From: Squalus acanthias
Lineage: Eukaryota
Length of the DNA stretch: 64,000 bases
Direction: 5' to 3'
Assembly: GCA_030390025.1 (NCBI GenBank)
Contig: CM059432.1
Location: forward strand, 126,978,001 to 127,042,000
Positions 22,979 through 35,397 of this stretch are shown here, piece by piece. The notes below the pieces were generated by a model. That model worked only from the letters and a program-made list of their open reading frames with translations. It did no database searches and was not told the origin of the DNA. The translations under genes were made by a program, and so were the position numbers. Numbering within the stretch: position 1 is the stretch's first letter; the number at the start of each line of letters is the position of its first letter.

Positions 22979-25900
22979 TGGAGTGCAGCCAGAGTCAAGT
23001 CCACGGCACCACGGGTGGCTCAGCTGCACAGGGGGGAGGAAAAAGAGTGGAAGAGCAATAGTGGTAGGAGATTCAATAGTTAGGGGAGCAGACAGGCGTT
23101 TCTGCAGCCGTAGACGTGACTCCAGGATGGTATGTTGCCTCCCTGGTGCCAGGGTCAAAGATGTCACTGAGCGGCTGCAGGACACTCTGAGGGGGGAGGG
23201 TGAACAGCCAGAGGTCATTGTCCATATCGGTACCAACGACATAGGCAGAAAGAGGGATGAGGTCCTGCAGGCAGAGTCTAGGGAGCTAGGAGAGAGATTA
23301 AAAAGCAGGACCTCAAAGGTAGTAATCTCCAGATTACTCCCGGTGCCACGTGCTAGTGAGTACAGGAATAGGAGGATAGAACAGATGAATGCGTGGCTGG
23401 AGAGATGGTGCAGGAGGGAGGGCTTTAGATTCCTGAGGCATTGGGACCGTTTCTGGGGAAGGTGGGACCTGTACAAACCGGACAGGTTACACCTCAACAG
23501 AGCCGGGACCAATATTCTCGCGGGGAGGTTTGTTAGTGCTGTTGGGGAGGGTTTAAACTAATTTGGCAGGGGGATGGGCACCAGCATATAGGAGTAGAAA
23601 AGAGGAATAAGATGCATAAAAGAGTGAGTGTGTTGGATAGTACTAGAGAAGATATTACTAGAGGCGGTAGTAGTACCATATTAGATAGGAGCAGACTACG
23701 AAAGACTATGAAAAATTCAAAAATGGGTTTAGAATGCATGTACGTAAATGCACAAAGTGTGGTGAATAAGGTTGGTGCGCTACAAGCACAATTAGCCGTG
23801 TGGCAATATGATGTTGTGGCAATAACGGAAACGTGGCTTAAAAACGGTGAGGACTGGGAACTTAATATTCAAGGTTACAAGGTGTTCAGAAAAGATAGGG
23901 AAGGAGAAAAGGGAGGTGGGGTGGCAGTGCTGATTAAGGAAGACATTGCAGTGTTGGAAAGGGAGGATGTTCTTGAGGTGATAAGGACAGAATCCATTTG
24001 GTTAGAGTTGAGGAGCAAAAAGGGTATGATCATCCTATTGGGGGTATTCTATAGGCCTCCAAATAGTGAGAGGGAGGTAGAGGAGCAAATCTGCAGGGAA
24101 ATCACAGAGATATGCAAGAGTGGTGATATTGGGGGACTTTAATTACCCAAATATCGATTGGGATAATGCTAGGGTAAAGGGAAAGGAGGGGGAGGAATTT
24201 CTGAAATGTGTTCAGGAGAATTTCCTTGACCAATCTGATCTTGGCCCAACTAGGAAGGAGGCCTTGCTGGATCTGGTGCTGGGGAATGAGGTGGGCCAGG
24301 TCGACCAAGTGTCTGTGGGAGAACACTTGGGTACGAGTGATCATCGTATCATAAGATTTAGATTAGCAATGGAGAGGAGCAAGGAACAGTCTAGAGTGGA
24401 ACTTCTAAACTGGAATAGGGCTAACTTCAATGGGATGCGAAAGGATCTAGCCAGGGTAAAATGGAACCAAAGACTGACAGGAAAAACTGTAATGGAACAA
24501 TGGGTGATCTTTAAGGAGGAGATGTTTCAAGTACAGGCTAGGTACATTCCAACAAGATGGAAGGGTAAGGGAACCAAAGCAAGGGCTCCTTTGATGACGA
24601 GAGAGATAGAGAAGATGATGAAACAAAAAAAGAGGGTGTATGATGAATGTCAGGTGAATTCTTCAAGGGAGAACCAGACCAAATACAATAAGTTGAGAGG
24701 GGATGTGAAGATGAAAATAAGTGGGATCACGTGACTCAGTTAGAGCCAATGGCAGCGCACCATCTTCCATTCATAAGTTTCACATACGTGCTGTGAAAGC
24801 TATGAATCTTACACACCCCCAAAATAACAGCTAAACCTCAATTAAATTTAAAAAAAAACCATCACATTAATAAAATAAGTATAGTTAAATAAATTAACCA
24901 TTTTAAATAAAAAATTAAATTTTTGAAAAAATGTAAAATCTTTTAAAAAGTTATAAAAATAAACTTACCTGTCTTTAAAGTCTCTAAAAAAGATATACCT
25001 GTTAAAAAAAATTCAAAATAATACTTAATTCACTACTTACCTTGTTAAAAGTGGGTCTTACTCCTCCTTTTTTCATTTCTAAAATCTTCCGTCCTTACCT
25101 GCGCGTCCAAAGCACTAAGTGCACAGCGTGCACGCAGCCTGTAGCGCGCACGCGGTGCACCAAGGAACCGCCCCCTTTTCCAAAGACCAAGTGCCGGTTT
25201 TCAGCGCATGCGCAGTGCATGCAGAAAACCGGCAATTGGAGAGAGAATACGCGAGAGTACGCAGTGCGTACTCTCGCGCAGCGGGATCAATTTTTGGCCC
25301 AAGATTGGCAAAGAGAGAATATGAGAGTAGAATGGCGGTTAACATAAAAGGGAACCCAAAAATCTTCTACCGGCATGTAAACAGTAAGCGGGTTGTAAGA
25401 GGCGGGGTGGGGCCTATTAGAGACAAAGAGGGTGATATATGCTTAGAGGCGCAGGGCAAAGCTAGAATACTCAATGAGTACTTTGTATCGGTGTTTACTA
25501 AGGAGGTGGATGCTGACAAAATATCGGTAGAAGTGGAAAAGGCAGAAGCAATGGAAGGGGTGAAAATTGATAGACAGGATGTACTAGAAAGGCTGGGTAT
25601 GCTTAGAGTGGATAAGTCGCCTGGTCCAGATGGTTGCTAAGAGAATTGGGGGAGGAGATAGCGGAAGGGCTTGCCATAATTTTCCAATCTTCCCTAGATG
25701 CAGGGGAGGTGCCTGAGGATTGGAACGTGGCAAATGTGACACCATTGTTCAAGAAAGGGTGCAAGGACAATCCTAGTAACTACAGTTTAACATCAGTGGT
25801 GGGTAAAGTTTTAGAAACAATAATCAAGGAAAAAAATTAACGAGCAGTTGGAGAGGTTTAAGTTAATTAAGGAGAGCCAACACGGGTTTGTAAAAGGAAG

Positions 25901-26867
25901 ATCGTGTTTGACTAATCTAATTGAATTTTTTGATGAAGTAACAGAGAGGATTGATGAAGGGAATGCAATGGATGTTGTCTACATGGATTTTCAGAAGGTG
26001 TTTGACAAAGTACCACATAGAAGGCTGGCTAACAAAATTGAGGCTCATGGAATAGGTGGGTGAGTGGCAGCTTGGATAAGGAATTGGCTTAAGGACAGAA
26101 AACAGCGAGTTGTGGCATATGGCTGTTTTTCAGACTGGAGGATGGTAGACAGTGGTGTTCCCCAAGGGTCAGTGCTGGGGCCACTGCTTCTTTTGATATA
26201 TATAAATGACCTGGATATTGGAATACAGAGTAGAATTTCTAAATTTGCCGATGACACCAAACCTGGGGGTGTGGCAAACAGTGATGATGATATCAATCGA
26301 CTGCAACAGGACATGGATAGGCTAGCAGAATGGGCAGACAAGTGGCAGATGGAATTTAATACAGAGAAGTGTGAGGTGATGCATTTTGGCAGAAGGAACA
26401 GGGAGAGGCAATATACACTTAATGGCACAGTTTTAAAGAGTGTGCAGGGACAGAGGGACCTGGGAGTTAATGTGCATAGGTCCTGAAGGTGGCAGGACAT
26501 ATTGAGAGAGTGGTTAACAAAGTTTATGGGATCTTGGGCTTCATAAATAGAGGTATTGAGTACAAAAGTAGAGAAGTTATGCTGAACCTTTATAAAGCGC
26601 CGGTTAGGCCACAACTGGAGTATTGCGTCCAGTTCTGGTCACCACACTTTAGGAAGGATGTGAAGGCCCTTGAGAGGGTGCAGAGGAGATTTACCAGAAT
26701 GGTTCCGTGGATGGGGGATCTTAGCTACAAGGACAGGTTGGAGAAGCTGGATTTGTTTTCATTAGAGCAAAGGAGGTTGAGGGATGATTTGATAGAAGTG
26801 TACAAGATTATGACGGATTAGGATGGGCCGAATGGCCTCCTTCTGTGCCGTTATGACTATGACTCTA
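22979..26867 (+). mobile_element. CR1-type LINE (ORF1 SGNH esterase 22983-23561; ORF2 APE+RT about 23724-26821), frameshifted
   Basis: [61 protein letters not shown] and a (GACTAT)n tail. Confidence 0.9.
24722..25300. mobile_element. Non-autonomous Harbinger-like insertion within the CR1 ORF2, AAG duplication, only right TIR recognisable
   Basis: The CR1 reads AAAATAAG|ATTGGCAAAG across the insert. AAG is at 24719-24721 and 25301-25303. The right end is AATTTTTGGCCC. Confidence 0.55.
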
Positions 26868-26870
26868 TAT

Positions 26871-27112
26871 AAGAGCAGGGGAGTTCTCCCCAGTGTCCTG
26901 GCTAACATTTATCCCTTAACCAACACTACAAAAAAACAGATTATCTGGTCATTATCACATTGCTGTTAGTGGGAGCTTGTTGTGCGCAAATTGGCTGCCG
27001 TGTTTCCTACGTTACAACAGTGACTACACTTCAAAAAATACTTCATTGGAAGTAAAGAACTTTGGGACGTCCTGAGGTTGTGAAAGGCGCTGTATAAATA
27101 CAAGTCTTTCTT
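26871..27112 (+). mobile_element. Deu-domain SINE, 3' half
   Basis: Continues the SINE begun at 22768. Confidence 0.8.
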
Positions 27113-28794
27113 TTAACCTGAGGTGTGATTTGAACTCGCTGCCCAAGCCTTCAACCACTTGGTGGCGCCACTAAACTATAAAACTGGTTAGACAGCAATT
27201 AGGTCAGTTGTTCCATACTGAAAAACACCAGGAACAGAGTTGGAGAAATTTAGAACTGACTCTGATGTCGAGCCCTGCCCAACTCTGGTGTGGCCCGAAG
27301 GGAAGGTCCGGTTTGTGCTGATTTGGCTGATCTCAGGAAGGGTTGTGCTGTGGAGCGTGGAGGAAACCAGATTGGCCTCCACACCCACAGTCTGGGGAGA
27401 GGGAGAAAGAAAAGTCCCGGTTCTGTTTTTTGCCTTTAGCCCTCCTGATGCAGAGCCTTGCACGCTGGAATGCATATCAGGACCCGTCTCCCCCACTGTG
27501 ATTTTCCAAGCATTCATTTTAATGGATGGAAAATGGTAGGAGGGGCCTCATGGATAAATTCCCAATATACACCTCCATCCAGCCTGCGAAGCCTGCATCG
27601 AGGAGTGCTAAAGACTAATTTAACCGCACTATTTCCACCAGCTGCATGTGCACAGATTGAGTTGGGCTTGCCCGGAACACCTAAACTCACACATAAAGAA
27701 TGGCCGCACGTGCGAGGCTCTGAAAGGCTCCATGAAACAGTAATCCAGCACGATAGGTAAATTGATACTCCCACTATACTTCACATTTGGAAGCAGTACT
27801 GCATTGCTTTTTTTAAAAAAGGAACTCCAACATGTAGCACGGTGTCTCGCCTTGACACTCCAAAATTTGACGCGAGTGATTCCAAAATAGGCTGCAGCCA
27901 CGAACGGTCTCTCAGCAGAGCTGCGATTTTCTAGCTACAGCCGATCTACTCGCTGCAGCCTTTCCAAACGGTGAAGTTTTTGTATTATGCCCAATGCTCG
28001 ATAAAATGTAGACAATTTCACAGCGAGAAAAAGGGCCAGAGTCTGCTGTAGCGGGGTATCTTATGGCATCTGCCCTTAAGTTTATCAATTTTTTTGCGTG
28101 GCAAGTTGCTGATCGTGTGAGGGAAACCAGGCACCTGGGAGCTGAGTGAACAGGGCAAGACAATGTATCTCCGTAACCAATCAGATTGAAGGACTGAGAA
28201 ATAACAGCGCAAGGGCCGAGAAGGAAGTGTAACTTAGAATGGGTGAATTCAATGTCAAATCAGGTACAGAACGAGAAATAAAGAGAGGGAAAAAAGTTCA
28301 GATTAAGAGAGAGAAAGAAAGATAGAAAGGAAAAGTAAAAAAAAAATAATTTGACATTTTTAAAATTTCCAACAATTATTACCTGAAGGAATGAGGAATG
28401 AGACTCCGCACTTGTAATAGTTAATTTTCAGTGCCAGAGAGATTGATTGGCAGTAATTAACACTTATCACATTGTTAAAAGGGTACTTACACTTGAAATG
28501 ACAAGTCTTAACTTTCTGTGGCAAGTTTGGTTCCTATTTACCGCACAAATACAGCAAATTCACGCCGCTCAATGCATTTCAATGGTGAAGCAGACAGGGA
28601 GATGCTGTTTTCGGGAAGTTAACGGCGGAGAGGCGCAACTCGGGCAGCAACTTTGAGATATTTACATTTAACCGCACATCTGCCCCTAGCCTGAAGTTGC
28701 TGTAATATTTACGCAGTAAGCATCATTAGTCTCACCATTATATTGACAGCAAATTTTGGATGATTGTCACTGTTTAGAATGCTGACAGGATTAT

Positions 28795-29190
28795 TTTGTA
28801 TCTGTTTTCACAGTAGAAGACACAAAAAGCAAACCAAAAATAGTGGGGAATCAAGGGGCTAATGAGAGTGAGGAGCTTAAAGTAATTAATATCAGTAGAG
28901 AAAAAGTACTTGAGAAACTAATGGGACTAAAAGCCGACAAATCCCATGGACCTGATGACCTACATCCTAGAGTTTGAAAAGAGGTGGCTGCAGAGATAGT
29001 GGATGCATTGGTTGTGATCTTCCAAAATTCCCTCGATTCTAGAACGGTTCCAGTGGTTTGGAAAATAGCAAATGTAACCCCACTATTCAAGAAAGGAGGG
29101 AGAGAGAAAACAGGGAACTACAGGCCAGCTAGCCTGACATCAGTTGTCAGAAAAATGCTGGAATCCATTATTAAGGAAGTGGTAACAGAG
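28795..29190 (+). mobile_element. CR1 ORF2 internal fragment
   Basis: EIVDALVVIFQNSLDS..NVTPLFKKGGREKTGNYRP; ends abruptly at the Penelope element. Confidence 0.85.
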
Positions 29191-30974
29191 CATGGGCTTG
29201 CGGTGGAGTGAAGTGCTGAGGCGTCTGTCTTTGATGGAGATTCGTGTGTCCAAGAATGAAACCGATTCTGAGGAGTAGTCCATGGTGAATTTGATGGTGG
29301 GATGGAACCTGTTGATGTTCTCGTGTAGTCCTTTCAGTGATCCTTCGCCGTGGGTCCAAAGGAAGAAGATGTCGTCGATGTATCTGGTGTACAGCGTTGG
29401 TTGGAGGTCCTGTGCAGCGAAGAAGTCTTGCTCGAACTTGTGCATGAAGATGTTGGCGTATTGGGGTGCGAATTTGGTCCCCATGGCTGTTCCGTGTGTT
29501 TGGGTAAAAAACTGGTTGTCGAAGGTGAAGACATTGTGGTCAACGATGAAGCGGATGAGTTGTAGGATGGCGTCTGGAGATTGGCTGTTGTTGGTGTTGA
29601 GTACTGAGGCTGTCGCAGCGATGCCGTCATCGTGGGGGATATTGGTGTAGAGTGCCGATACGTCCACCGTGGCGAGGAGTGTTCCTGGTTCAACTGGTCC
29701 ATGGGTGCTGAGTTTCTGCAAGAAGTCTGTAGTGTCGCGACAGAAGCTGGGGGTTCCCTGTACGATGGGGTTCAGGATGCCCTCGACGTACCCAGAGAGG
29801 TTCTCACACAGGGTTCCGTTGCCTGATACGATAGGACGTCCGGGTGTGTTGGCTTTGTGTATCTTTGGGAGGCAGTAAAAGTCTCCTACGCGGGGTGTAC
29901 GTGGGATGAGAGCGCGTAGGATGTTTTGAAGGTCTGGATCGAAGGTCTTGATCAGTCTATTGAGTTGGCGGGTGTGTTCTTTGGTCGGATCTGCGGGTAA
30001 CTGTCTGTAGTGTTCCTGGTTGTCCAGTTGTCGGTATGCTTCTTTGCAATAGTCCATTCTGTTCTGTATGACGATGGCTCCTCCTTTGTCCGCTGGTTTG
30101 ATGACGATGTTGCGGTTGGTCTTGAGAGCGTGGATAGCGTTGCGTTGTGCTCGGGTGACATTCTGGACTGTCTTGTGAGTGCGGCTGATGAATCTGGCGT
30201 TGATGCATTTCCTGACAGCTTGAGCATACATGTCAAGCTTAGGGCAGCGACTCTCCGGAGGGGTCCAATTTGACTCTTTCTTCTTCGGTTGCTGCACTGC
30301 GGTTCCCTCTGTCTGCTGTTCCGGATCATTGATTGTCTCATTGGGTTTGTTGCTGACATCTTGGGATTTGTGGTAGTATTCCCGGATCCTCATTCTCCTG
30401 ATGAATTCCTCTGTGTCTGCCGCGAGACCGATGGGGTCCATTTTGGTGGTGGGGCAGAACTTGAGCCCTAGGGCGAGAACTTCGATTTCGTCTGGTTGAA
30501 GGGTGTGGTCCGACAGGTTGACGATGGACTTCCCTGTGGTTGCAACCGTGGTACCGGGGGAGGCTTGGTTGCTGCTGGTGGTGATGCCAAGTTTCTCAAG
30601 CTTCCTGTTCTTGATGCGCATGTAGGAAGCGTAGTTCCGTTGCCTCGTCTGTTTGGCGGTGTCTCGTAGCTGGTCTGCTGTGTCCTGAGTACAGGCTGAG
30701 AGCATGGACTCTATCTTGGTTTCGAGGTTGCAGCGTCTGCTGTAGAGCTGGTGTACGAGATGGTTGAGGAGTGTGCGAGAGGTACGACGGCAAGTCTCTC
30801 AGCGTAGTCTGTGTTGTATGTCGACTTGAGTGGGTTTGTGATCTGTAGTCCTTTCGGAATCTTGTCTGCTTTCTTGCATCTCTGTAGATACTTGATGTCT
30901 GTGTCAATATGCGCGATCTTCTTAGAGATTCTCTCCACTTTGAGCTGGCAGTTTGTGGTGTCAATAGTGGTCAT
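29191..30974 (-). pseudogene. Penelope ORF N-terminus and reverse transcriptase (one frameshift near 30793; truncated at 29191)
   Basis: ATG at 30974 (MTTIDTT..). The 521-aa ORF 29140-30705 carries the PLE RT motifs. Confidence 0.85.
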
Positions 30975-31359
30975 GATGCGGAGATGCCGGTGTTGGACTG
31001 GGGTGGACAAAAATGAGAAGTCGCACAACACCAGGTTATAGTCCAACAGATTTATTTAAAATTACAAGCTTTCAGAGCTGTTGCCCCTTCGTCAGGTAAA
31101 GGTACAATGAGGGAATCTACAGTATTACACAGTATATAAACACAGAAAGCAATTTGTCTGCAGAGATACAATCTTTCAGGGAGGCATTACATCAAAGACA
31201 CACCAGAGCACAGCCAAGACAATGAGGTGGGTCACAGGGGGTCCAACGTGTCAAATCCTGCCATCTGCAGTTGAGCTTTTAACTTTTTTTTTGTTTTTTT
31301 TTTGTTTGTTTTTTTTGGTGTTTTTTTTTTAAACTGGAAAGACAGACAACGATGTCGAG

Positions 31360-32488
31360 TCACATTCTGTAGCGTGACATGAACCCGATATCCCTATTGA
31401 GGCCGTCCTCATGGGTGCAGAACTTGGCTGTCAGTTTCTGCTCGATGATTTTGTGTTGTCGTGTGTCTCGAAGGCCGCCTTGGAGAACGCTAACCCGCAG
31501 ATCCGAGGCTGAATGTCCTTGACTGCTGAAGTGTTCCCCGACTGGGAGGTAACAATCCTGCCTGGCGATTGTTGCACGGTGTCCGTTCATACGTTGTCTC
31601 AGTGTCTGCATGGTCTCGCCGATGTACCATGCTCCGGGGCATCCTTTCCTGCAACGTATCAGGTAGACAACGTTGGCCAAGTCACATGAGTATGTACCAT
31701 GTACCTAGTGGGTAGTGTCCTCACATGTGATGATGGTATCTGTGTTGATGATCTGGCATGTCTTGCAGAGGTTGCCGTGGCAGGGTTGTGTGGTGTCGTG
31801 GTCGCTGTTCTCCTGACAGCTGGGTAATTTGCTGCGAACGATGGTACTTTTGAAGTTAGGCGGCTGCTTGAAGGCGAGTAGTGGAGGCGTGGGGATGGCC
31901 TTAGCAAGGTGTTCGTCGTCATCGATGACATGTTGAAGGCTGCGAAGAACATGGCGTAGTTTCTCCGCTCCAGGGAAGTACTGGACGATGTAGGGTACTC
32001 TGTTGGTTGTGTCCCGTGTTCGCCTTCTGAGGAGGTCTATGCGGTTTTTCGCTGTGGCCCGTCGGAACTGTCGATCGACGAGTCGAGCGTCATATCCCGT
32101 TCTTACGAGGGCGTCTTTCAGTGTCCGTAGGTGTCCATCGCGTTCCTCCTCATCTGAGCAGATCCTGTGTATTCGCAGGGCTTGTCCATAGGGGATGGCT
32201 TCTTTAACGTGGTTAGGGTGGAAGCTGGAGAAGTGGAGCATCGTTAGGTTGTCCGTGGGCTTGCGGTAGAGTGAAGTGCTGAGGCGTCCGTCTTTGATGG
32301 AGATTCGTGTGTCCAAGAATGAAACCGATTCTGAGGAGTAGTCCATGGTGAATTTGATGGTGGGATGGAACCTGTTGATGTTCTCGTGTAGTCCTTTCAG
32401 TGATCCTTCGCTGTGGGTCCAAAGGAAGAAGATGTCGTCGATGTATCTGGTGTACAGCGTTGGTTGGAGGTCCTGTGCAGCGAAGAAG
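31360..32488 (-). pseudogene. Penelope RT C-terminus, linker and GIY-YIG endonuclease (one in-frame TAG at 31705-31707)
   Basis: ORFs 31705-32505 and 31360-31680 are in the same frame. The CHGNLCKTC Zn motif precedes the GIY-YIG domain. Confidence 0.85.
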
Positions 32489-32627
32489 CCTGTGACCCAT
32501 CTCATTGTCTTGGCTGTGCTCTGGTGTGTCTTTGATGTAATGCCTCCCTGAAAGATTGTATCTCTGCAGACAAATTGCTTTCTGTGTTTATATACTGTGT
32601 AATACTGTAGATTCCCTCATTGTACCT

Positions 32628-32665
32628 TTACCTGACGAAGGGGCAACAGCTCCGAAAGCTTGTAA
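32628..32665 (+). ncRNA. Minimal hammerhead-ribozyme-like motif in Penelope pLTR
   Basis: TTAC-CTGACGA-A-GGGGC-aaca-GCTCC-GAAA-GCTT-GTAA; the reverse-strand copy is at about 31062-31099. Confidence 0.6.
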
Positions 32666-32717
32666 TTTTAAATAAATCTGTTGGACTATAACCTGGTGTT
32701 GTGCGACTTCTCATTTT

Positions 32718-35397
32718 CATCGAACATTAGTGAGAGCCCCTTGTACTGACACCCCTCATCTAACATTAGTGAGAGCCCTGTGTGCTGACCCCCCTCATCT
32801 AATACTAGTGAGAGCCCCGTGTACTGACCCCCCTCATCTAACATTAGTGAGAGCCCCGTGTACTGACCCCCCTCATCTAACATTAGTGAGAGCCTCGTGT
32901 ACTGAACCCCCTCATCTAACATTAGTGAGCCCCGTGTACTGACCCCCCTCATCTAACATTAGTGAGAGCCTCGTGTACTGACCCCCCTCATCTAACATTA
33001 GTGAGCCCCTCGTGTACTGACCCTCCTCATCTAACATTAGTGACCCCCCCGTGTACTGACCCCCACCTCATCTAACATTAGAGTGAGTCCCGTGTACTGA
33101 ACCCCCCTCATCTAACATTAGTGAGAGCCCCTGGACTGACCCCCCCTCATCTAACATTAGTGAGAGCCCCTGGACTGACCCCCCCTCATCTAACATTAGT
33201 GATAGCCCCTGGACTGACCCCCCCTCATCTAACATTAGTGAGCACCCCTGGACTGACCCCCCCTCATCTAACATTAGTGATAGCCCCTGGACTGACCCCC
33301 CCTCATCTAACATTAGTGAGAGCCCCTGGACTGACCCCCCCTCATCTAACATTAGTGATAGCCCCTGGACTGACCCCCCCTCATCTAACATTAGTGAGAG
33401 CCCCTGGACTGACCCCCCCTCATCTAACATTAGTGAGCCTCGTGTACTGACCCCCCTCATCAAACATTAGTGAGCCCTCGTGTACTGACCCCCCTCATCT
33501 AACATTAGTGAGCCCTTGTGTACTGACCCCCCTCAGCTAACATTAGTGAGAGCCCCCCGTGTACTGACCCCCCTCATCTAACATTAGTGAGCCCCCGTGT
33601 ACTGACCCCCCCTCATCTAACATTAGTGAGCCCTCGTGTACTGACCCCCTCATCTAACATTAGTGAGAGCCCCGTGTACTGACCCCCCCTCATCTAACAT
33701 TAGTGAGAGCCCCCCGTGTACTGACCCCCTCATCTAACATTAGTGAGCCCCTCGTGTACTGACCCCCCTCATCTAACATTAGTGATACACGTGTACTGAT
33801 CCCTCATCTAACATTAGTGAGCCCCGTGTACTGACCCCCCTCATCTAACATTAGTGAGACCCGTGTACTGACCCCCCTCATCTAACATTAGTGAGTCCCC
33901 GTGTACTGACCCCCCTCATCTAACATTAGTGAGAGCCCCGTGTACTGACCCCCCTCATCTAACATTAGTGAGAGCCCCGTGTACTGACCCCCCTCATCTA
34001 ACATTAGTGAGAGCCCCCGTGTACTGACCCCCCTCATCTAACATTAGTGAGAGCCCCCGTGTACTGACCCCCCTCATCTAACATTAGTGACAGCCTCTGT
34101 GTACTGACCCCCCCTCATCTAACATTAATGAGAGCCCCGTGTACAGACCCCCTCATCTAACATTAGTGAATCCCCCGTGTACTGACCCCCTCATCGAACA
34201 TTAATGAAAGCCCCCGTGTACTGACCCCCCTCATCTAACATTAGTGACCCCCCCGTGCACTGACCCCCCCTCATCTAACATTCGTGAGCCCCCGTGTACA
34301 GACCCCCCTCATCTAACATTAGTGAGCCCCGTGCACTGACCCCCCCTCATCTAACATTCGTGAGCCCCCGTGTACTGACCCCCCTTCATCTAACATTAGT
34401 GAGCCCTCGTGTACTGACCCCCCCTCATCTAACATTAGTGAGCCCTCGTGTTCTGACCCCCCTTCATCTAACATTAGTGAGCTACTCGTGTACTGACCCC
34501 CCTCATCTAACATTAGTGAGCCCTCGTGTTCTGACCCCCCTTCATCTAACATTAGTGATCCCCCCGTGTACTGACCCCCCTCATCTAACATTAGTGATCC
34601 CCCCGTGTACTGACCCCCCCTCATCTAACATTAGTGAGAGTCCCCGTGTACTAACCCCCCCTCATCTAACATTAGTGAGCCCCCGTGTACTGACCCCCCT
34701 CATCTAACATTAGTGAGAGCCCCGTGTACTGACCCCCCCTCATCTAACATTAGTGAGTCCCCGTGTACTGACCCCCCTCATCTAACATTAGTGAGTCCCC
34801 GTGTACTGACCCCCCTCATCTAACATTAGTGATCCCCCCGTGTACTGACCCCCCCTCATCTAACATTAGAGAGAGTCCCCGTGTACTAACCCCCCCTCAT
34901 CTAACATTAGTGAGCCCCCGTGTACTGACCCCCCTCATCTAACATTAGTGAGAGCCCCGTGTACTGACCCCCCCTCATCTAACATTAGTGAAAGCCCCGT
35001 GTACTGACCCCCCTCATCTAACATTAGTGAGTCCCCGTGTACTGACCCCCCTCATCTAACATTAGTGAGCCTCCGTGTACTGACCACCCTCATCTAACAT
35101 TAGTGAGCCCTCGTGTACTGACCCCCCTCATCTAACATTAGTGAGAGCCCTCGTGTACTGACCCCCCCCATCTAACATTAGTGAGAGCCCCGTGTACTGA
35201 CCCCCCTCATCTAACATTAGTGAGAGCCCCGTGTACTGCCCCCCCCCTCATCTAACATTAGTGAGCCTCCGTGTACTGACCCCCCTCATCTAACATTAGT
35301 GAGCCCCCCGTGTACTGACCCGCCTCATCTAACATTAGTGAGAGCCCCCTTATACTGACCCCCCCTCATTGAACATTAGTGAGAGACCAGTGTACTG
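32718..35397. repeat. About 38-41-bp minisatellite (CCCCCTCATCTAACATTAGTGAGAGCCCCGTGTACTGAC), roughly 65-70 units
   Basis: Directly visible tandem array of about 2.7 kb. Confidence 0.97.

Larger units (their letters stand above)
29191..32717 (-). mobile_element. Penelope-like retroelement: inverted pLTR + 5'-truncated RT C-terminus/GIY-YIG + pLTR + N-terminal ORF/RT (permuted partial tandem)
   Basis: RT motifs PKIHK..GRPIVS, DVSALYTNIP, GTAMGTKFAP and RYIDD in 29191-30974. GIY-YIG VVYLIRC..WYIGET..LRQRMNGH in 31360-31680. pLTR at about 30975-31240 and its inverted copy at 32489-32717. Confidence 0.9.

Noticed and set aside
22983..23561. SGNH esterase as a host enzyme
   Set aside because: It is ORF1 of the CR1 LINE, directly upstream of the APE-RT ORF2.
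27906..28760. Possible non-autonomous DNA transposon (also 14173-14650)
   Set aside because: The composition suggests one, but I could not define matching TIRs or a TSD.
32686..34707. Repetitive ORFs (SLMLDEGG / TPPHLTLV) and CRISPR-like periodicity
   Set aside because: This is a tandem minisatellite with near-identical rather than unique spacers, in a eukaryotic context with no cas genes.
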